A stretch of 61,865 bases of DNA, counting the filler, from Choristocarpus tenellus KU-1152 (Eukaryota > Protista > Phaeophyceae): assembly GCA_964200185.2 (NCBI GenBank). It is 9 parts of 9 records of this genome, joined end to end, with 100 filler letters (N's around TTAATTAATTAA, not from the genome) between each part and the next. Parts side by side here need not be neighbours in the genome. Positions count along the whole stretch, not along the records: positions 42,066 to 55,226 come from CAXNAD020001566.1; positions 55,327 to 61,865 come from CAXNAD020007905.1; 7 more parts are not named here. One strand, 5' to 3'. Shown piece after piece: positions 53,001-61,865 of this stretch (within the stretch, counting starts at the first letter, position 1; each line of letters opens with the position of its first letter). The translations under genes were made by a program, and so were the position numbers. The notes below the pieces were generated by a model that saw only the letters and a list, made by a program, of their open reading frames with translations, did no database searches and had not been told where the DNA came from.

Positions 53001-54209
53001 ATGCAGCACAAAATCTCTCTGTAGAAAAATCTTGTAGGTCGCAATTGTTGGGCACCCATTGATAGCTTGTTGGATCACGTACCTGCTTGACCGTGAGAAA
53101 ATGAAAAAATGGTGTTATAGCATGGAGGCCCTACGGTACGTTGTAAAATTGGACTGGACTTATCACTTCATCACTTTCTAACACATATAATGTTCGTGAG
53201 TGCTGTGTTCCACCACCAGACTGCTGTGTTACGCCACAAGACCATTCTTTCTAAAACAAAATGCTCCTGCCGTACAAATAAAACCAGGTAGCAAAGGGTA
53301 CTCCTGTGGGAACCGAAAGCGAAAGGAGTGATGAAAAGGCGTGATGTGGGTGCAGCGTTTCCAATGGATCATAAACAAGGTATATACAAAATTCTGCTGC
53401 TCCCACTTCCCCAATAATACAACTTCAATCTTCGGGTAGTGTACCTGAGTCGGACTATAGTAAGTAGGTGTGAGGTGGACAAACTAATCGGTTGGCATGT
53501 GGAAGTATTTTGTGTATGGAGTGGGGGACGTGAGGTTAAGTCGAAATCGGATCATGGTTGGTGACATTTGAAATCATATGGCGATAGACACAGCTTCGCG
53601 TTCTTTTCCGTAGTACCTCCGCAAAAATTTCGAAGAAATCCCAGGACTCCATAGAATAGGCAAAGCGATACTACTCTCCTGATAATGATAGTTCCTACAC
53701 GCAGAAGCACTTCTCTCCAGAAACGAGAGGTTAGGGGTCTGGAGTGTTCAGGAGAGAAGGGATAAGAGAGGGAAGTGGGTAGTACTTACTGGAAGGGTAA
53801 CACGCACATACATACTATATGCACAGTCTTTCTTGGGTAAATCTTATCTATCTTCCGATGCGTATAAATCTATGGGTTGCCAATCCCTTCCTTTTGCTTA
53901 CATGGTACTATATTTTCATAGCTACCACAAATAATACCTTCTGCCTTATCAATCACTCACCTCGCCAGGGAAGGAAGATCGAAATGAAGCTTCCACTTCG
54001 CCAAAAGGGCCAACTGTAGGATAGGCAGTCCTAAGACCAGCAACCCCGTTCTGTGGATAGGGCACACGTTCCCAGTGACCCCTTGTGTACGACCCATTGG
54101 TGCATTTCCGTTGGTGATCAAATTGGAATACAGGGGTTCCGATTTCATTTTCACCTCTCGTGTATCCACAACCAATGAAGAATAAGGCTATACATTGGAA
54201 GGACCTCAT
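44024..54209 (-). CDS. TBL/PMR5-like PC-esterase (GDS...DxxH acyl-esterase/O-acetyltransferase), apparently complete, 8 exons
   Basis: Phase-consistent exons 54209-53961 (signal-peptide-like MRSFQCIALFFIG; C...Y..G.W), 53082-52991 (YQWVPNNCDLQDF), 50381-50321 (ILFVGDS), 49562-49513, 48676-48568, 47050-46920 (W...DVVVLKSGLH), 45948-45708, 44197-44024 (RPDGH...DCLHYNLPG). Confidence 0.85.
46304..46561. mobile_element. MITE family B, full length, in TBL-gene intron
   Basis: TIRs aaagtatcttagag / ctctaagatacttt; colinear with 3055-3314. Confidence 0.8.
49192..49368. mobile_element. MITE family A, full length, in TBL-gene intron
   Basis: gacccaaagtgtctgggg...ccccagatactttaagtt; flanks aatg/catg. 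Confidence 0.8.
52677..52946. mobile_element. MITE family B, reverse orientation, in TBL-gene intron
   Basis: Reverse complement of the 3055/46304 copies (ggaagccaagcccc, ttacctactcc, ccggacacacc). Confidence 0.75.
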
Positions 54210-56027
54210 GATCGGCAGGACCGACGTTCGTTTGAACCTAACCAGGTTTCAATTTACTGGGAACCCTTCCTGGACCCCCTCTACCACACTACTCTACTCT
54301 CTGCTTTACAGGGAGACAAATCTCGACCTGTTGTCACGACTTAACCGGGACGCGGAACGCTTGAAAGTTGAAACTAATTTCTTCTTACAGGTACTGCTTG
54401 TTACACAGGTCTAAGTTCCTAAGTGTACGATACCATGGATTAAAACACACCTACAACGGAACACAGTACTAGAAAGTTACTTGGAAGAGGGGTGTACCAA
54501 GCAACCTTATGGAGATGGAACTACAGTTCCTTATGATGACAACAGGATCAGGATGAAGCGAAACTTGAAACCTTCCACTTCCTCCCTATCCCGTTGTTGT
54601 TCATGTCCAGTATGTGCTTGTCGAAAGGTTTTGAGCATAATGGCAAACTCTGTATGAGATACAAGTTGTTCCGACCTTAAAAAGTTCAACAAAACAACTA
54701 GAAATGACTAACGGCCAAATTTAAGGAGGAATATTAAGTGGGTGGGTGTGGGTGAATTGAAGGTTGTAGATTGGTTACAAGTATTGCCAAGACTAAAAAA
54801 GGGGTAGGGAGAGTAGATGAAAGGGTTAATTAGTGACTGGTCTTAAAGAGGGGGGTAAATAATTTGAGGTTCATATTACATTATCACACATTTCAAGGTG
54901 GACAAAGAAATTAAACTTGGAAATAATATTCCCACTGTTATTTGGTCAAATTTGGAATGAAGGCATCCACTTTTCTCACATTTTGATTCAGCTGGAGTTC
55001 GATTTGTTGTTTGATAAAAGGGGACCTCATGTTTCCATCTTATCGAGCATTTTTTAAAAATAAGATGAGGTAAGTCGATATTATGTTCAAATTTGCTACG
55101 TTGTCTTCGTTTTCTCAATTAATTAATTGGAGTTTTTCACAATAATAGATGGATTCTTGGGATGATGCTTCCTTAGCTCCCCCCCCCGGGGCACAGGAGT
55201 AGGTAGATGGGAAGATAAGGAAGACANNNNNNNNNNNNNNNNNNNNNNNNNNNNNNNNNNNNNNNNNNNNTTAATTAATTAANNNNNNNNNNNNNNNNNN
55301 NNNNNNNNNNNNNNNNNNNNNNNNNNCTCTTTCCAATCCCTATGCCAATAGTTCTCCCCCCCCCCCCCCCCCCCCCCCCTTTTCCCCCCCCCCCCCCCTC
55401 CTTGAACGCTTCAACCACCGCATTTTTGCTTGATTTTTGTAATTTTGTTGGAACCACCTGTCGCACCTGCATCATGTCGTCGGTTGTTCTCTTTGCTTTC
55501 ATGTTACGGATGCTGTGAATACAGACCCTGACTCCTGTGGTCAAGCCTAAGAAGAAGGTGAGCGTGAAGGCGTGTTTTGAGTTATAATTATTTCTTATTG
55601 TAATGTTGCTGCTTTGTGTTTTTGATCTGCGTTAGACCTTTATTATTATTTTTTGCGGGGAGCATCTATCTATATATAATATATTATATATATTATATAT
55701 ATTGTAATCTCTCCCTTCATCTTGTTCAACAACCCCCTACACTAAAGAGGTAATATTATATATTATATATATTATTATAATATATATAATATATAATACA
55801 TAATATATAATATATAATACATAGGCTGTGTTCTTACGTTTTATGTGATTTTGGTTTATATTCCTATCGTTTTTTTTTCTTAACCCTTTCCTGGGTCTGT
55901 TCAAAAAGAATTGAAATATGGTATCAGCGGTTGATCAAGCGAATTTGTAAGCTCGATTTTACAACACTCCCTTGATTTTCAACATTTTTCATCGTAGTAC
56001 TGTGCCAGGCGTCTGTTGGTAGTATTG

Positions 56028-56126
56028 TTACGTGATAAGTTTTTTATTACGTGACAAGTTTGTTGTTACGTGACAAGTTTGTTGTTGTGTGACAAGTTGG
56101 AGATACGTGACAAGTTGGAGATACGC
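56028..56126. repeat. ~18-19-bp minisatellite
   Basis: About 5 copies of tacgtgacaagtt(tgttg/ggag). Confidence 0.75.
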
Positions 56127-56548
56127 CCAATCGCTGGGTTGTTCTAATCATAGTCCCTCCGTGACAGGCTATTATCGTCAGTCCTCTGTAGTACAAAAAA
56201 TCGTTCTTGTTTATCGTGATTTCTAAACTTGAGAAATCACGATAGGTAAGAGAGTATTTTATTTTTTGTTTGTGTGTGATCGATCTTGTTTGTAGTATGT
56301 CAGTTCAGTTCTTGCCAACCACTACTGTGCTTGCCATCCCTCGTGGACTTTGGGCTATCTTTTGAATGTTTCTCATCAGCACAGGACCTCAGCAGTCGGT
56401 AGACACAACGACGGACAAGCTAGCAAGCAGCGACCAAAGGATCCTGTGATGTTGGAGCTCTTTATTTTTTATTTTATTTTTTTCAGGATTTTTTTTTGCT
56501 TGTGTTGATTAAAAAAATATATGTGTGCATGTGTTTGTTACATCAGCG

Positions 56549-56620
56549 TAGACATATAGACATATAGACACATAGACATATAGACACATAGACATATAGA
56601 CATATAGACACATAGACAGA
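56549..56620. repeat. (TAGACA[C/T]A)n microsatellite
   Basis: Visible 8-bp periodicity. Confidence 0.85.
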
Positions 56621-57122
56621 CACACAAACAGACAATGATGTGAGCACAAGCAAAGGAAGTGCATTAGTGTCTCTTAAAATATTATATTTTCTATTCAGTT
56701 GGCAGTATGGTACGGCTTGACAATAATACTGATAATACTGATGAATAAGAATAATACTGATAATACTGATGAATGAGAATAATACTGATAATACTGTTGA
56801 CGCTATATTTTGAATTTTATTTGACTGTTTGGAGTAAGTCCATGCAGCATCTTAATACTGCTCTGTTAACATCGAACTTTTTTGGTGGGACTATTCCAAG
56901 GTGACTTCTGGAGTAGTCAGTGACTCGCCTGGCTGTATATATTCTGATGTATGTATTCTTACATCTTTTTCTGATGCCATTGAAGCGTTTGTCACTCCTC
57001 TTATACACACATATACACCTATAGTGTGCACAAACTGAGAGAGGCTTCTTGTTCCTGCTGATTGATATCCCCCCCCCCCCAAACCCTAATCTCCTCACCC
57101 ACTGGAGTAGAAAAAGCATCAG

Positions 57123-60100
57123 GTGAAGGGCAGCTGTGGAGAGACTGTGGTGATATTCTGTGCTCTAGTGCGCGAGAATTTCTTTGGTAAGTTCTTTGAT
57201 GTTGCCCCTGCCTTGTTACGCCTTATTGTTTTTTATTTTGCAGTATGTGTACCTTATTTTGTCATTTTGAGGTTTTGTCCACTTTGACTCTCACCCTACC
57301 CTCCTCCCGACCCACGTACCATTTTTCTGTGCTGTGTTTGTTCTTATCTGTCATTTTGTTCTTATTTTTCAGGATGTGTCCGGGCTACCTTTCGAGGCCC
57401 GAGGATGGCGGGGATGCCTGTTGCTGATGACCCTGATGGTAGCCTCCGTGACCCTGGTAGGCATCATCACTGTTGGTGCAGGGATTGTTGTGGTTGAGGT
57501 GGACATTCAGATTGTGACAAGCGTATTTTCTTTGAGAGGGGAAGGATGATGCAATAATTGTTGCGTGATAATTGTTGGTGAGGTGATGTTGAGGATGGGC
57601 AGTGGGGACATTAGAATGACAGGAATTGTTGCAGCTCCTCTTTTGATGTAGGGCTTGTGAGGTTGAATGATTGTAGGTTTGTTATCCCCTGTACGGAGTG
57701 TTTCATTGTTGTTTGTTTGACTTTTTATTGTATTGTCTATCGAATATATATATATATATATATATATTTTAAAATATCATATCATTTTTTTAATTGTTCC
57801 ATCTAATCTGGTGCGCCCCCTCCTGCCTCTCTCTTCCGAACAACAGAAGAACTTGCAGGACCTGTTCCCAGGGTTGGTCTAGGGTCGAGGAACTTGAGTC
57901 TGATGGATGAAAGGTATGAAGCACAGTGTGGCATAGCAAGGGAAGGGTCAGTACTGCTGATTTCTTGTTTGTTACATGCTTAGGTGATCACAAACAACAT
58001 AGTGAAGAGAGTAGGGGTGCAACTGATCTGTTTCCCTCGTTGAAGGTACGTTCTGGGTAGGGTTAGGGTTCATGTACAGGGTGCGCAGTTCATTTACTAC
58101 TTTGTTGATTGAATATTAGATTTGAGGAAGTGAGTGTGTGTCACCCCCAATTCTTCCTCTTCCGTATCGGTCTTCTCAAACCCCCCTGCTTGTTGTCCCT
58201 TACCGCCTCCACTTTTTTTGGTCTATCAGAGAGTGGTAGCTCACGTTGTCCCTCCTTCCTCCCCTCCCCCTCCCCCTCCCACTCCCCTTGACCCAAAAAT
58301 TCCCAAAAATTTCTGCGCTTTTTTTGTCTCGTCCCGGTTGTGAAGTAAATCGAGTCTGGAGTCATCCAAGGATGACTTGGAGTCGAATTATGCCGATTCT
58401 TACATCTCGAAGAGGAACAGTCAGATGCCTCCTGTGCAGGTGGGGAAGTGAGGGACGTGTGTAGTTTGTGCCACAGCCGATCAGACACATAGGGCGAAAT
58501 GAAGTGTGTGGAGAGGCGTTTTCTTTGCATTTTGCACAGTTTGTGGCGGTTTTATATATATTTATATGCATGCATGCACGCATTCTGTCTCGAGTGGTAC
58601 GGATAGGCTAACCCTAACCTTAACCCTAACCCTAAGTTAGGGTGGACTGTGCTCTCTTAGCCCTAGACCTAGCCCTAACCTTAACCCTAACCCTAAAACC
58701 CCCGGAGGGGAGGTGTGCTTTGAAGGGCAAGGCGTCGCCTCTTATGTTGCATCTTTTTTAAGGGCATGTGTTGTTGGACTTGAGCAGTCTCTCCGCGACC
58801 GGAGAGCGGGGAGGTTTTGATGTGTTAAGAGATTTGAATCGAGCATCTATTCGACTCAAAGCAGATCCCGTCGAGTTCCTGACATTTGCAACCTTTCCTC
58901 CTCATTCTTTTGCGTTGCTTCTGATGGTTGTTGATTTGATGGTTGGGGATTCTGTTGGCGTGATGATAAAAAAACATCGGACTACTTCCCACAAGGAACA
59001 GAAGGACACTGAGAGTGGCTATGGACTCAAGGCGGCCAGGTGTGTGTACTATAAGACAACTCTGAAGTCTGCATGCGCTGAGTTCAAGCATTTGTTTCTG
59101 TGGACTTTTGAGGGAAACACTAATGGTTTTTTGTTTTGTTAGTTTGATGCTACTGTTTGTTTTGCTGTGTCCCACTACCATCACGGGGAGCCCGTTGTGT
59201 TTGGGAAGATCGACCTCCTTGTTGTGACTTCCTTGTGGGGTAATCCTACTCCGCAGTGCTGCTATTGTGCTTTGTGAGAAAGGAGGTGCGTAGAAAGGCA
59301 GCAGTTACGGACTGACTCGCTGCTTTTCATCGACAGACCTTGTGCAGTGGCAGGACACCGATTGAAAGTGTTGTGAATTGACAAGTTGAATCTCTTACGA
59401 GTACTGGTTAAATTGACTAGAAAACCTTTGAAACTCCTTTGAAACTTACATACGCAAGCGTGCATGCGTGCGCACGCACACCCACATTCACACAAAATGG
59501 AACAACAGATGCCTGAGAATAGCTGAGCTCTGTGGGCTATGTATGTGTGGAGTCTGCATTTATGCGAAAAATAACCAATCGGAAATCACCGCTCAATTTT
59601 CGGTTTTGATTGATTGCGGTTTAATTCCGAATTGTAGTGATTCAAACGAATCTTGGATTCGCAACGCTGCTGATTCGATTTTTTTTTTTTTTTCGTGAGA
59701 GTGTGCATTGTGCTGTTTCAGTGGAACTGTGGTCAACTATCAGNNNNNNNNNNGGGGTTGCTTGTGTGGTTTATTTTTAAAAAATAGTTCTTTTGGTTAT
59801 TTCTTTTTTCCCCCCCTCCCCCCCTGCTCCGCCCTATCCTCCTGCGATCGCTTCTGTGTGTTTTAGGGTGGCATCAGACAAGCTTATTAAGCAGGAATCG
59901 GACAGAAGGAACATGAGGGAGCAGGCAGTTGCTTCCCAGAAGCTGGACATGCTGGACATGCCGGACAAGGCCTCACAGGAAGAACTGAGAATGAGCCGCT
60001 TTTATCATTCTCAGGGCAGGTGATGAAGTCCATGTGTGGCACACCTTTTCACAGAGGTGGTAACGAAATTGTCAAATCATTAGATGGTGGTGATTCGATG

Positions 60101-61711
60101 GTCTGTTGCAGTAGGAAATGATGAGACATGCGAACCATCACTATAAATAGTTTGCAACTGGTGTTGATGAACAAAGCAGTCTTGTAGATTGCGTGTGAAC
60201 CCTGATTGTGATTGTGAGTGATGACAACCGCCTTCCCATACCCTTCTCCCCTTCCCTTGCTGTACCTTGGTAGGGGAGTGGATCGCAGGCATTTACAGCG
60301 CCGTCGTATCCCCCCTCCTACTTACTCAGACCTTGATCTAAGTGATGCCCCCACCAGAGGCCAAAATGCTCGCAGTGATTTAGAAGGGCGCAGAGGTTCC
60401 AATGTGGTGGTAGATCGTAGGGTTAGGCTATTGCCTGGGGAGGGTGTAAGGGCAGTGCCTGTGCCCCGGACAAGTCATAGGCTGGGTGAGAGGGGGGTGG
60501 ATGAGGGTCGTCGTGAGCGTGAAGGACTGAGATCAGCTGCCAATGGTGGCCATGGAGAGGAGGACAATCACTACAGCAGTGTTGAAGGGCAAGGGCAGAT
60601 TCATCGGGCGCCTAGTGCTGGCATGGCGAGTTCCCATAGGAGGTGTGTTGTGTTGTGACAAGCAGAAGCGTTGTTGTTTTGTTATTGGAGAGGTTCGTTT
60701 TTGTCAACCTAGAGATCCAGTGACGGAGGCAGCTGTTCCGTCAACCTCATCTCGTGGACGATGCAATTGAATGTTGAAATGCGTGAAGCTGCCTAGTCCC
60801 GGTGGTGACACTCTCTTGTCCTGCGCGCCCTGTTGCCTGCCCCGCCCTCCCCCCCCCCCCCCCCCCCCCCCCTTTTCCCTTTGTCCCTTCTGGCCGCTCG
60901 GTAATTTGTGACCATGCCTACCCCCTTTCTGTTCCCACTTGAGTCTACCATGACAACAAATGCCGCTTCCCCAAACCCATCTCCTGTTACTTCATTTTTT
61001 TTTTCAGGGGGCAGTCTCGAGGGTCGGGTGGTTTTGCTGCACCCAGTGGGGCAAGGGGGAGCGTAAGAGGTCGTGGTATGAGGGGGACGAGGCCAGAACG
61101 TGGGTCTGAGCATGGTCCCAGACACATGCCCAGGGAGGGCGGCGCACAGCTTCAGTCAAGGGGTGGTGATACTGTGCAGCACACTCAGGAGCAGTATCTC
61201 CCCCTCCCCCCGCATTATTATAGGCAGGAGCCTATTGCTCGCACTGGGCTACATCATCGCACGGGATCACAGGATTCGGATGATTCTCACAGGTCAGAGG
61301 GAGAGACTAATCATTGTTAAGGGATGTTTGGGTGGTTGTGTTTATAAGAAACAGTGGGCATGGATGAATATCTGGTTAGTTGTGTATCCTTTTTTGTGTA
61401 TGTCCCTGTGAACCTATGTTCTATTTCCTCCTTGTTTTTGATGAAGACGTGCCTATTTCTGTCAAGGTCTTGCGCAATGAGTCCAACCCTAACCCTGTTG
61501 TATGTCGTGTCCAACCCCGATATAGTGCTACTTGTGTTCATGAGATGCCCTTGTGATCTGCCTTCACTTGGCCTGAGCTAAGGTCACATGCCTCGGCTTG
61601 TCCAATTTCACCATCCACTGTTCCCGACCCACCTTTGCCTGGTTTATCAGTGACTATCTGAGAGCGTCTGAAGCCTCCTATGGCATGAGATCCCGCAATG
61701 GATACCACTAG
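57123..61711 (+). CDS. Hypothetical protein, 3' exons; Arg/Gly/Ser-rich low-complexity C-terminus
   Basis: Phase-consistent exons 57123-57186, 57373-57456, 57847-57913, ~58346-58439, 58996-59039, 59867-60019, 60274-60642, 61008-61292, 61651-61711 (TAG). A possible upstream exon ends near 55557 (..VKPKKK|gtgag). Confidence 0.65.
58608..58696. repeat. Interstitial telomere-like (CCCTAA)n tracts
   Basis: ctaaccctaaccttaaccctaaccctaa|gttaggg, then a second tract ~40 bp later; intronic. Confidence 0.75.
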
Positions 61712-61865
61712 GAGAGCCTGCCATCATTGTGGAGGTGTGGTTTATTTGTTGTGTGTTTGCAGAGGGTTGGAGGATAAAGGGAGGTCCAAGTTTTCAGAAG
61801 TAGTTACTGAAGAAGCGCTTCTAACATATTGGGGACACTTGTGGAGGGGTGGGTTGTGTGATAGG

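Noticed and set aside
8571-55326. Recurrent TTAATTAATTAA palindrome, and apparent gene neighbourhoods such as EsV-1-7 next to the HMA gene
   Set aside because: These are artificial linkers between contigs, so adjacency across them is not biological evidence.

Overview
This is eukaryotic, intron-rich DNA, most likely from a brown alga or close photosynthetic stramenopile (EsV-1-7 repeat gene, MCQKNC-type HMA domains, BBSome gene, TTAGGG-like repeats). It is not contiguous: nine contigs are joined by eight artificial 100-bp linkers (N44-TTAATTAATTAA-N44), so gene order across linkers carries no information. Splicing exons by hand gives the 3' part of BBS2, an EsV-1-7 repeat protein, the HMA region of a probable P1B Cu-ATPase, the VPS13B N-terminus, a DDX42-like helicase, a monodehydroascorbate reductase fragment, an apparently complete 8-exon TBL/PC-esterase gene and three hypothetical multi-exon genes. 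Non-coding DNA holds about 13 copies of a MITE group with a shared terminus (CAAAGTATCT-G-rich), remnants of a non-LTR retrotransposon, a tRNA-like SINE head and several mini/microsatellites. I found no clear multi-gene novel system. The best leads are the EsV-1-7 repeat architecture, the MITE group with probable 4-bp TSDs, the CxxxC HMA motif, and the algal TBL-like enzyme with a triplicated C-terminus. All family calls come from motif recognition, not database searches.
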